A stretch of 64,000 bases of DNA from Bacillota bacterium. Its GTDB lineage: Bacteria; Bacillota; Clostridia; Lachnospirales; Lachnospiraceae. This document shows, piece after piece, positions 49,220-57,873 of the stretch. Under the pieces are notes generated by a model. It worked only from the letters and a program-made list of their open reading frames with translations. It was not told where the DNA came from and searched no databases. Within the stretch, counting starts at the first letter, position 1. Each line of letters begins with the position of its first letter. A program made the translations under genes and the position numbers. The stretch spans positions 32,569-96,568 of the forward strand of contig JAEYRK010000053.1 in NCBI GenBank assembly GCA_023435645.1, written 5' to 3'.

Positions 49220-49248
49220 TTGACTTTTAAATATAACTTCGTTAGAAT
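49220..49248 (+). promoter_or_regulatory. Candidate sigma-A promoter of the esterase gene
   Basis: TTGACT (49220-25), 17-nt spacer, TAGAAT (49243-48). Confidence 0.45.
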
Positions 49249-49286
49249 GTAAATAGTTACTTTAGGTGACTATGTGCGGAGGTTCT

Positions 49287-50207
49287 ATGGCAATTAATAA
49301 AGCGATGAGGCTCGCCCTCAAGGCCTTGTCATATCCTGATCTCGATACGAAGAAAACCTATAAGCTTCAACGGCAGGTGACTGCTGTGGTTCATCCCTGC
49401 TTCAAGCCCTTATATGAGATGTGGGACCATACAATCAAGAGTCTGGATCATGAAATTCCGGTTCGTATCTTCTGGCCTTCCCATCAGGAGGGGAACCATA
49501 GGCTTCTGTTATTTTTCCACGGTGGTGGCTGGGTCATCGGTAATATAGACAGCTATAGTAAGGTATGCTCCAATATGGCTAAGCTGACCGGGCATATCGT
49601 GATTTCCGTGGATTACCGCTTGGCACCGGAGTACCGATTTCCTGCAGCCTGTGAGGATTGCTATACAGTGGCAAAAGAGATTTTTCGGGAAAGTGAGCTC
49701 TTCCAGGTGAAACAGGAGGATATTACCCTGATCGGAGATAGTGCCGGAGGGAATCTGGCTGCTGTGGTATCCCTTATGGCAAGGGACAGGGGAGAATTTC
49801 AACCAGCGAAGCAGATTCTTCTATATCCCTCCACCGCCAGCGACCATAGTAAAAGCTCTCCCTTCCCCTCGGTAAGGGAGAATGGTACCGGATTTCTGCT
49901 GACTACCAAAAGAATTAATGATTTTATTGAATTATATATGAGCTCGGAGGAAGATTTGCAGAACCCATATCTTGCTCCGCTACTTGCCCCGGATTTGTCC
50001 GGACAGCCGAAAACCTTAATTATTACAGCGGAATACGATCCTCTCAGGGATGAAGCGGAGGAATATGGGATCCGCTTGCAGAAGTACGGCAATACTGTAG
50101 AGATATTTAGGATGAAGGATGCACTACATGGTTTTATCTCACTTCCGAAGCATTTTGTTCATGTGAAGAGGGCCTATGAGCTGATGAACCATTTCTTGCA
50201 GACTTAA
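49287..50207 (+). CDS. Alpha/beta hydrolase, hormone-sensitive-lipase-type esterase
   Basis: HGGGW oxyanion motif, GDSAGG nucleophile elbow and C-terminal DPLRDE..H. GGAGG before ATG 49287. Confidence 0.88.
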   Translation: MAINKAMRLALKALSYPDLDTKKTYKLQRQVTAVVHPCFKPLYEMWDHTIKSLDHEIPVRIFWPSHQEGNHRLLLFFHGGGWVIGNIDSYSKVCSNMAKLTGHIVISVDYRLAPEYRFPAACEDCYTVAKEIFRESELFQVKQEDITLIGDSAGGNLAAVVSLMARDRGEFQPAKQILLYPSTASDHSKSSPFPSVRENGTGFLLTTKRINDFIELYMSSEEDLQNPYLAPLLAPDLSGQPKTLIITAEYDPLRDEAEEYGIRLQKYGNTVEIFRMKDALHGFISLPKHFVHVKRAYELMNHFLQT

Positions 50208-50252
50208 TTAGGATAAATGCCCTGTAATTCGGAAAGGAGCATATTGTAACCT

Positions 50253-51518
50253 ATGACCAGAAGAAAGCCCGTCGAGTGGACAAGACTGGATAATGCAGCC
50301 AAGATATTTCCTCCCACTACGAATGAGAAGGATACGAAGGTGTTTCGCTTCGTCTGTGAAATGAGGGATGAGGTGGAGAAGGAGCTGCTTCAGGAGGCTC
50401 TCAACCGTACCATGCTCTTATTTCCCTTTTACCGCAGCGTACTGAGGAGGGGAGTATTCTGGTATTATTTTGAGCACACCGAACAGAATCCGGTGGTAAG
50501 GGAAGAAGACAAACTGCCCTGTAGTATGCTTTACCATCCCAACCGCAAAAATCTGTTATTTGAGGTAACCTATCATAAGAAAAGGGTTAATTTGGAGGTG
50601 TTTCATTCCCTGACTGACGGAACCGGAGCCCTCGCCTTCCTGAAGACCCTGCTGTATTACTATATTACTGAGAAATACAGGGAGGATTTTGATGATCTTC
50701 CGGTACTGGATTATGATGCATCCCTGACACAGAAGATGGATGACAGCTTCTTAAAGCATTATACAGGGAATAAGAAGCCGAAGAGGATCAAGCTGACCAA
50801 AGCTTATCATATCCAGGGACGCAGGCCAATCGATAACCGATTAAAGGTCATTGAGGGGGAGATGCCGGTGAAGGAGGTCATTGAGCTGGCACATCGCTAT
50901 CAATGCACTCTGACAGTTTATCTGACCGCACTTTTCTTACAGTCCATCTATCAGGATATGCCCTTACGAAGCAGGAGATACCCGGTCGTGTTATCTGTTC
51001 CCGTAAATCTGCGGGCCTATTTTCCGTCGGTTACTGCCAGAAACTTCTTTGGAACCATAAATATACGATATCATTTCGGAAAGAATTCGGATAAACTAGA
51101 GGATATCATAGCTGAGGTTAAGGCCTTATTTGAGAGGGAGCTACAGGAAGAGAAGCTGAGAGAGCATATGAACCGGCTTGGTGCTCTGGAGCATAATGCC
51201 TTCATGCGGGTGGTGCCCTTATTTCTTAAGGATATGGTACTTCGTTTTGCTAAGCATTTAAGTGACAGGGGAATCACTGCAACTCTCTCCAATGTGGGGA
51301 AGATTACAATGGCAGAGGAGTTTCAGCCCTATATTCATATGTTGAATTGCTTCACCAGTGCGATCAGACCGCAGATTGCGATCTGCTCCTATCAGAATAA
51401 GCTGGTGGTAAGCTTTGCATCACCCTTTGTAGGAACTGATATTCAGAAGAACTTCTACCGAAGCTTATCACAGGAGGGTGTGTCGGTTACGATATCCACG
51501 AACTCGGGGGATTTGTGA
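50253..51518 (+). CDS. Condensation/alcohol-acetyltransferase-like acyltransferase (HxxxDG motif)
   Basis: 421 aa. FHSLTDGTGA matches the HxxxDG catalytic motif of the condensation/WS-DGAT/AATase superfamily. Confidence 0.72.
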   Translation: MTRRKPVEWTRLDNAAKIFPPTTNEKDTKVFRFVCEMRDEVEKELLQEALNRTMLLFPFYRSVLRRGVFWYYFEHTEQNPVVREEDKLPCSMLYHPNRKNLLFEVTYHKKRVNLEVFHSLTDGTGALAFLKTLLYYYITEKYREDFDDLPVLDYDASLTQKMDDSFLKHYTGNKKPKRIKLTKAYHIQGRRPIDNRLKVIEGEMPVKEVIELAHRYQCTLTVYLTALFLQSIYQDMPLRSRRYPVVLSVPVNLRAYFPSVTARNFFGTINIRYHFGKNSDKLEDIIAEVKALFERELQEEKLREHMNRLGALEHNAFMRVVPLFLKDMVLRFAKHLSDRGITATLSNVGKITMAEEFQPYIHMLNCFTSAIRPQIAICSYQNKLVVSFASPFVGTDIQKNFYRSLSQEGVSVTISTNSGDL

Positions 51519-51634
51519 GGCTGATCCGCCGGGGCTGTGTCGATGGAGGTAGCAATAGTCCATGATTCAAATTCTGATGCCCAAATCACAGCATAGAAGT
51601 TCATGCTTGATCACCGGGCAGAATGGAGATTTAC

Positions 51635-52300
51635 ATGCAGTTGTGTGAGCATTGTAGGATAAATATCAAGGGAGATCATCATATCTGTCCTCTGTGTGGG
51701 GGACCGGTTCAGGGAGAAGGGAATCCTTCGGAGGAGGTATTTCCTTATATCCCTACGATATACCAGGAGTTTAATATCTTTATCCGTATTATTATACTGG
51801 TATCGGTGGTTGCAGTTGTCATAAGCGTTGCTGTGAATGTTATATTTACCAGGGAATCAAGGTGGTCCCTTCTGGTGGCAGCTGCCATTGCAAGCATGTG
51901 GATCAGTCTGTTTCTTCTGATCCGTAAGAAAAATAATATACCCAAAACAATTATCTGGCAGGTTGGACTCATCAGTGTCTTGTCCTTCCTTTGGGACCGT
52001 TCCATGGGTTTTATTGGCTGGTCCATTGATTATGTAATCCCCTCAGTCTGGGTAATCGCTATGATTGTGATGGCAATCGGAGCTAAGCTATTGAAAATCG
52101 GAGTCAGGGACTTGATTGTATATCTCTTTGTGGATGCAATTTTTGGCTTTGTACCCTTGATTTTTCTGCTCTTTGGCTGGTTGAAGGTAACCTATCCTTC
52201 TGTAATCTGTGTTGCTGCCAGTGTGATCTCATTGTCTACATTGATTCTCTTTGAGGGAGACAATATGAAGACGGAATTGAATAAAAGAATGCATATCTAA
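51635..52300 (+). CDS. Membrane protein with N-terminal zinc ribbon (DUF6320-like)
   Basis: CEHC...CPLCGG followed by about five TM helices. ATG 51635 lies 7 nt after GGAG. Confidence 0.7.
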   Translation: MQLCEHCRINIKGDHHICPLCGGPVQGEGNPSEEVFPYIPTIYQEFNIFIRIIILVSVVAVVISVAVNVIFTRESRWSLLVAAAIASMWISLFLLIRKKNNIPKTIIWQVGLISVLSFLWDRSMGFIGWSIDYVIPSVWVIAMIVMAIGAKLLKIGVRDLIVYLFVDAIFGFVPLIFLLFGWLKVTYPSVICVAASVISLSTLILFEGDNMKTELNKRMHI

Positions 52301-52324
52301 CCAATTTCGAAAGGAACGAAAACT

Positions 52325-53086
52325 ATGAGTATCTTTGTATTAAAGCTGATTGCAATTATAACAATGCTGATTGACCATGTCGGAGCTGTATTCCTAAGGT
52401 CAAATCCGGACCTTTACTGGTATGCACGAACCATCGGCAGAATTGCATTTCCGATCTTTGTATTTATGCTGGTAGAGGGCTTTTACCATACCAGCAATAT
52501 TCGTAAATACCTGACCAGGCTGGGGATCTTCGCCTTGATTTCAGAGCTTCCCTTTGATATGGCCTTCTATAATTATTTTACCAACAGGGATTTCCTTACG
52601 GATTTGAAAGCCTCCTTTACAGATGCGGCAACCTTGGAACTATTCCTTAAGAATCTGCTGGCCCATCAGAATGTATTTTTCACCTTGTTCTTAGGCTTAT
52701 CCGCCATTTATTGTATGAGTATGATAGAAAACAGGTTTAGAAAAGAGATACTATTAAGCAACCTGTTTGATGCTCTGATCACCATTGGCTTCTGCGCTGC
52801 TGCAGTGATTCTTCGGACGGATTACGATATGAAGGGAATTCTATTGATCGTTGCCTTCTATCTGTTCCGTGGCAGTAAGATTATGATCACATTATGTCTT
52901 CTGATTGTTATCGGAACCTTCTTCCCCAGTACAAATGGTAGCATCAATATCCAAACCTTCGCTCTATTGGGGATGGTGCCGATCGCTTTCTATAAAGGGA
53001 AAAAGGGTAAAAATATAAAATATCCTTTTTATATCTTTTACCCTGCGCATCTTTTTATTTTATGGTTGATCGCTAACTTTAGATAG
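52325..53086 (+). CDS. TraX-family membrane protein (putative acyltransferase)
   Basis: LKLIAIITMLIDHVGAVF N-terminus typical of TraX. Polytopic. Confidence 0.85.
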   Translation: MSIFVLKLIAIITMLIDHVGAVFLRSNPDLYWYARTIGRIAFPIFVFMLVEGFYHTSNIRKYLTRLGIFALISELPFDMAFYNYFTNRDFLTDLKASFTDAATLELFLKNLLAHQNVFFTLFLGLSAIYCMSMIENRFRKEILLSNLFDALITIGFCAAAVILRTDYDMKGILLIVAFYLFRGSKIMITLCLLIVIGTFFPSTNGSINIQTFALLGMVPIAFYKGKKGKNIKYPFYIFYPAHLFILWLIANFR

Positions 53087-53154
53087 GATGATTGAGGTCA
53101 ATAGCATAAATCAGAAAGGATATTCAGTGCCCTGAATTAAGAAACTGAGCTATC

Positions 53155-53331
53155 TCATACATCCTTATTTGCTTCCCGCTCCGGCACATGATTTGTTGCC
53201 TGGGAGACATACCGGGTATCCTCCTCGGTAGTTCTCGATTTCTCAGGAAAATATCTTCTGGAATCCAGAGCGGAGATGCTTCTGGCGGATGGGAAACGGT
53301 AATAGGTTTTCCGGGTTGGCTCAAATAGCAT
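53155..53331 (-). CDS. Small hydrophilic protein, 58 aa (not in the ORF track)
   Basis: The minus strand reads GAAGGAGGATTGTAATC-ATG. Translation: MLFEPTRKTYYRFPSARSISALDSRRYFPEKSRTTEEDTRYVSQATNHVPEREANKDV*. TATAAT lies 20 nt upstream of the SD. Confidence 0.5.
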   Translation of the reverse strand: MLFEPTRKTYYRFPSARSISALDSRRYFPEKSRTTEEDTRYVSQATNHVPEREANKDV

Positions 53332-53485
53332 GATTACAATCCTCCTTCGTCAGAGTATTATAATTTTAAATGATAATCTATTCTTATTGTCCGTAACTCT
53401 TCAAATTATATACTAGCAATATCAGTGAACCCTATTGTTTTATAAAAAAAGAAATGATTTATAAGAAAGACAGGCCGGTGAACCC

Positions 53486-53980
53486 ATGATTTCTTTTCAT
53501 ATCTCAGAGATAAAGCCTTTTATGGCAAAGCTTTTGACCAACACGGTATTTGACCATTATATCCTTAAGGAGCTGGAGATCCAGACCTTTACCACCTTCC
53601 ATATCTCCGGAAGACTGAATGAAGAATTCTTCACGGAGGAGGAGCTGGAGGAACGAGATAGCCGGGTAATCACCTGGAGTGAGCTTAGAGCGATCGCCTT
53701 CTCCATGATCAAAGGCAGTAAGACACCACTGGCAATGAAGCTTATCTTCCAGCTTCCCAAGGAGGAGTCCGATGAGCTGGTCAATAGCCTGGGAGGAAAG
53801 CTAAAGCTGGAGGAAGTAGGTGGACTCTATCTGAACATCCGCTTTGAGAAGGGTGAGCTGCACATCATCACCGGTACCGCCATCAAGACCTTCACGATGG
53901 ATAAGACCCTGGAACAGGAATGGGATGCGAAGGTAAGAGGCTTTCTAAAGCAGCAGGAAATCGCCTGTGAGGAGGATTAG
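53486..53980 (+). CDS. Hypothetical cytoplasmic protein
   Basis: 164-aa ORF with coding-like composition. I do not recognise a motif, and the SD is weak. Confidence 0.65.
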   Translation: MISFHISEIKPFMAKLLTNTVFDHYILKELEIQTFTTFHISGRLNEEFFTEEELEERDSRVITWSELRAIAFSMIKGSKTPLAMKLIFQLPKEESDELVNSLGGKLKLEEVGGLYLNIRFEKGELHIITGTAIKTFTMDKTLEQEWDAKVRGFLKQQEIACEED

Positions 53981-54009
53981 GAATAAGAAGTTGGATGGAT
54001 CGGATGTTG

Positions 54010-54036
54010 TTAGCACTCTTACACAAAGAGTGCTAA
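54010..54036. promoter_or_regulatory. CIRCE element (HrcA operator), perfect consensus
   Basis: TTAGCACTC-TTACACAAA-GAGTGCTAA matches TTAGCACTC-N9-GAGTGCTAA exactly. Confidence 0.85.
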
Positions 54037-54043
54037 TTTTGTA

Positions 54044-54072
54044 TTGACATTTACATTTTTAAGTATTATCAT
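54044..54072 (+). promoter_or_regulatory. Candidate sigma-A promoter of htpG
   Basis: TTGACA (54044-49), 17-nt spacer, TATCAT (54067-72). Confidence 0.55.
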
Positions 54073-54184
54073 AACAAATGAAGCAAGTATTTGAACGGGA
54101 TTACCAGCAATAGGAAGGATTTCATAAAAAAAACAGCAAATAATAATATTTTATATTATACATCAGGAAAGGAATGAAATATCT

Positions 54185-56296
54185 ATGAGTACAAGAAGAG
54201 GTAATTTATCCATTCATTCGGAGAACATATTCCCGATTATCAAAAAGTGGTTATATTCCGACCATGATATCTTTATTCGGGAGTTGATCTCCAACGGCAG
54301 TGATGCCATCACCAAGCTTAAGAAGCTGGAGGTCATGGGGGAGGCGACGCTTCCTGAGGATAACCGTTTTCAGATCGTGGTTACCATCAATCCGGAGGAG
54401 AAGACCATATGCTTTTCTGATAATGGTATTGGTATGACGGAGGAGGAAGTGGATGAATTCATTAACCAGATTGCCTTCTCCGGTGCCCAGAAATTCCTGG
54501 AGAAATATAAGGATAAGACCAATGAGGACCAGATTATTGGGCATTTCGGTCTTGGTTTCTATTCCTCCTTCATGGTAGCAGGAAAGGTTACGATCGAGAC
54601 CCTGTCCTGGCAGCCGGGTGCCAAACCGGTTCATTGGGAATCAGAAGGCGGTACAGAATTTGAGATGGGTGAGGGTACACGCACCGAACGTGGTACGGAT
54701 ATTACTCTGCATCTGAACGAGGACAGCTACGAGTTCTCCAATGAATATCGCGTCAAAGAAATTCTTCAAAAATACTGCTCCTTTATGCCGGTGGAAATTT
54801 ATTTTAAGAATGCGAATAAGCCCGAGGAGGAGAAGGCTGAGGAGCAGGAGATTGTAGATACTGTTGTGGATGAGGAGGGAAATGCAGTTCGTGAGGATCA
54901 GGCAGCTCAGGAGAAGAAGCCACAGCCGATCAACAACCCGAATCCACTCTGGGCAAAGCATCCGAATGATTGTACCGAGGAGGAGTATAAGAAATTCTAC
55001 CGTGAGGTATTCCATGATTATAAGGAGCCATTGTTCTGGATCCACCTGAATATGGATTACCCATTTAACCTTAAGGGTATCCTTTATTTCCCGAAGATTA
55101 ATTTTGAGTATGATTCCCTGGAGGGTGTCATCAAGCTTTATAATAATCAGGTATTTGTTGCCGATAATATCAAGGAGGTAATCCCGGAGTTCCTCATGCT
55201 TTTGAAGGGAGTGATCGACTGTCCGGACCTTCCTTTGAATGTATCCAGAAGTGCCTTACAGAATGATGGCTTCGTGAAGAAGATTTCGGATTATATCTCA
55301 AAGAAGGTGGCAGATAAGCTTTCCGGCATGTTTAAGGTAGAGCGGGAGAATTATGAGAAGTATTGGGCGGATATCAGTCCATTCATTAAATTCGGCTGTC
55401 TAAAGGATGAGAAATTTGCAGAGAAGATGCATGAGGCTCTGATCTTCAAGAACCTTCAGGGCAAATACATGACGATTTCTGACTATGTGACGGCAGTAAA
55501 GGGTAACAGCTCTGATAGCACCACTGAAGAAGCTAAGGACGGTGTTGAGAAGCCTGCAGATCAATCCTCCTCAGAGCAGGAGAAGGAAGGCTGCTGTGAC
55601 CATGACCATAAGCCGGGCGAGGAATGTGACTGTGGACATGAGCATCCTGCCGATGAGCTAGAGGATGAGGACGCAGAGGAGAAGAAAAAGACAACAATTT
55701 ATTATGTGACGGATGAGAAGCAGCAGAGTCAGTATATCAATATGTTTAAGGAAGCCGGTATGGATGCCTTTATCCTGACCCATAATATTGACCAGCCGTT
55801 CATCACCCGTTTGGAATATAAGGAAGAAAAGATTAAATTCCAGCGTATTGATGCGGATATCTCAGACAGCTTCCGAGAAGAGACCAAGAAGAAGGATAAG
55901 AAGGTCCTGAAGAATAATACAGAGGCGATGACAAAGCTGTTCCGTAAGGTCCTCGGCAAGGAGAAGCTGGAGGTTAAGGTGGAGAAGCTGAAGAATGATA
56001 AGGTCTCCTCCGTAATCACTCTCTCAGAGGAGAGCCGCAGAATGCAGGATATGATGAAAATGTACAGCATGAACGGCATGGACAATGGCATGTTCGGTGA
56101 GGGTGAAGTCCTGGTGCTAAATGCGAATCATCAGCTGGTTCAGTATATCCTTACGAATGAGCAGTCGGAGCATACACCTATGATCTGTGAGCAGCTGTAT
56201 GACCTCGCCTTATTAGGTCATAAGCCCCTGGAGCCGGAGGCTATGACGAAGTTTATCCTAAGAAGTAATGAAATCATGCTGCAATTGGCAAAATAA
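54185..56296 (+). CDS. htpG: Molecular chaperone HtpG (Hsp90), with extended charged linker
   Basis: IFIRELISNGSDA, GHFGLGFYSSFMVA and PLNVSRS motifs. At 703 aa it is longer than the usual bacterial HtpG. Confidence 0.95.
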   Translation: MSTRRGNLSIHSENIFPIIKKWLYSDHDIFIRELISNGSDAITKLKKLEVMGEATLPEDNRFQIVVTINPEEKTICFSDNGIGMTEEEVDEFINQIAFSGAQKFLEKYKDKTNEDQIIGHFGLGFYSSFMVAGKVTIETLSWQPGAKPVHWESEGGTEFEMGEGTRTERGTDITLHLNEDSYEFSNEYRVKEILQKYCSFMPVEIYFKNANKPEEEKAEEQEIVDTVVDEEGNAVREDQAAQEKKPQPINNPNPLWAKHPNDCTEEEYKKFYREVFHDYKEPLFWIHLNMDYPFNLKGILYFPKINFEYDSLEGVIKLYNNQVFVADNIKEVIPEFLMLLKGVIDCPDLPLNVSRSALQNDGFVKKISDYISKKVADKLSGMFKVERENYEKYWADISPFIKFGCLKDEKFAEKMHEALIFKNLQGKYMTISDYVTAVKGNSSDSTTEEAKDGVEKPADQSSSEQEKEGCCDHDHKPGEECDCGHEHPADELEDEDAEEKKKTTIYYVTDEKQQSQYINMFKEAGMDAFILTHNIDQPFITRLEYKEEKIKFQRIDADISDSFREETKKKDKKVLKNNTEAMTKLFRKVLGKEKLEVKVEKLKNDKVSSVITLSEESRRMQDMMKMYSMNGMDNGMFGEGEVLVLNANHQLVQYILTNEQSEHTPMICEQLYDLALLGHKPLEPEAMTKFILRSNEIMLQLAK

Positions 56297-56319
56297 ATAA
56301 AGAGCGAACAGAGCTATAT

Positions 56320-56351
56320 CCGGCAGTGCGTGATCGCCTGCCGGAGTTTTT
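56320..56351 (+). terminator. Rho-independent terminator after htpG
   Basis: CCGGCAG-t-GCG / CGC-CTGCCGG stem followed by AGTTTTT. Confidence 0.7.
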
Positions 56352-56632
56352 ACGCTGTGTTGTGTGTCCAGCTACTATTAGGATACGCTTTATCATAAGC
56401 AAAAATTTTCATCAGAGAGTGAATAGAGAAGACTATCTTTTATCAGTATTGACAAATCATATTGAAGTATTTAGTTGACAAAAAACTATGAAATTTTTAT
56501 AAACTTCTTGCATTTACTGGTGTATATGCTATTATATATAGTAATAAAAACTATATAACACAGCACCGAGGTAGTGACATGTAGTTTACATACAAAATTT
56601 TCTAGTACTGAGTGGATAAGCGGAGGTTGAAG

Positions 56633-57469
56633 ATGTCTTATAGAATTATTGGAGATAGTTGTACCGATTTACCGGAGCAGCTTAAGAAGGATGAGCATTT
56701 TAGGTTGGTTCCCCTGACCTTAATCGTAGATAATGTTGAGATCGTGGATGATTCCGGATTTGATCAGAAGGATTTTCTGCGGAGGGTGAAGGAGTGTCCA
56801 AGCAGTCCGAAATCTGCCTGTCCCTCTCCGGAGGATTATATGAGGGAATTTGATTGCGATGGTGACATCTATGTGGTGACGCTATCCTCCAGCCTTAGCG
56901 GTTCCTATAATAGTGCGGAGCTGGCTAAGAAGCTTTATCTGGAGGAGCATCCGGAGAAGAAGATTGAAATCATAGACTCCCGGTCCGCATCAGTCGCTCA
57001 GACCCTGATCGCCATGAAGATTAAGGAGCTGATTGAAAAGGGTCAATTGTTTGATTCTGTGGTAGGAACAATCCGCAGCTTCAGGGACAACCTGAAGACG
57101 AAATTTGTACTTGAGAGTCTGGAAACCTTAAGGAAGAATGGAAGATTAACCAATCTGCAGGCAATCATCGCCAGCGCTCTGAATATTAAACCGGTTATGG
57201 GTGCCACACCGGAGGGGACGATCTGCAAGCTGGATCAGGCCCGCGGTATAGTAAAGGCACTGATTGCCATGACTAAAATGATCGAGCATGATGTGGTAAG
57301 ACCGCAGGAGAAAACCCTGGGGATCTCCCATTGTAATAATTATGAAAGAGCATTGTTCGTGAAGGATGAAATATTGAAGAGAGTTCCCTTCCGGGATTGC
57401 TTTATCGTGAATACGGCAGGAGTAAGCTCACTCTATGCCAATGAGGGTGGGATTATTACAGCCTATTAA
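56633..57469 (+). CDS. degV: DegV-family fatty-acid-binding protein
   Basis: YRIIGDSCTDLP N-terminus and DegV fold sequence. GGAGG before ATG 56633. Extended -10 promoter TGcTATTAT at 56527-35. Confidence 0.92.
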   Translation: MSYRIIGDSCTDLPEQLKKDEHFRLVPLTLIVDNVEIVDDSGFDQKDFLRRVKECPSSPKSACPSPEDYMREFDCDGDIYVVTLSSSLSGSYNSAELAKKLYLEEHPEKKIEIIDSRSASVAQTLIAMKIKELIEKGQLFDSVVGTIRSFRDNLKTKFVLESLETLRKNGRLTNLQAIIASALNIKPVMGATPEGTICKLDQARGIVKALIAMTKMIEHDVVRPQEKTLGISHCNNYERALFVKDEILKRVPFRDCFIVNTAGVSSLYANEGGIITAY

Positions 57470-57529
57470 GACTGAGAAATACTGCATAAATTTGTACTGA
57501 AAAAATAATGGATTTCATAAAATAAACAG

Positions 57530-57558
57530 TTGACTTTTCAGTACATTTATTAGATAAT
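57530..57558 (+). promoter_or_regulatory. Candidate promoter of tRNA-Pro
   Basis: TTGACT (57530-35), 17-nt spacer, GATAAT (57553-58). Confidence 0.5.
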
Positions 57559-57604
57559 AACTAATGCGGTGCTTCAGTGAACAGTTGCATCGGCAAGTTA
57601 TTAT

Positions 57605-57678
57605 CGAGGCGTGGCTCAGTTTGGTAGAGCGCTGCGTTCGGGACGCAGAGGCCGTGGGTTCGAGTCCCGTCGCCTCGA
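57605..57678 (+). tRNA. tRNA-Pro (anticodon CGG)
   Basis: Hand-folded cloverleaf. 7-bp acceptor CGAGGCG/CGCCTCG, U8, D arm GCUC-AGUUUGGUA-GAGC, anticodon arm CUGCG-UUCGGGA-CGCAG (CGG, G37), T arm with UUCGAGU loop, discriminator A. CCA is not encoded. Confidence 0.9.
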
Positions 57679-57688
57679 GTAAAGTATA

Positions 57689-57727
57689 ACCTATAAGATC
57701 CGGAAACGGATCTTGTAGGTTTTTTTA
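57689..57727 (+). terminator. Rho-independent terminator after tRNA-Pro
   Basis: 14-bp stem ACCTATAAGATCCG / CGGATCTTGTAGGT, GAAA loop, then TTTTTTT. Confidence 0.85.
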
Positions 57728-57873
57728 TGTCCGGCCAGCACCATACAGGGCAGTCTCTATGCCACTGCTGTAAAGAAGAAGGTGCTGCTACTGTGAAGAA
57801 GATAGACTCTTGACAGCAGATGCTTGATGGATTACGATTGCATAAAATAAATTTAGTTTGGGGGAAGTATAAG

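Noticed and set aside
53124-53324. Track ORF of 66 aa on the minus strand.
   Set aside because: It has a TTG start with no SD and a Pro/Arg/Ser-rich translation. It overlaps, in another frame, a 58-codon ORF that has ATG and a strong GAAGGAGGA SD (53155-53331).
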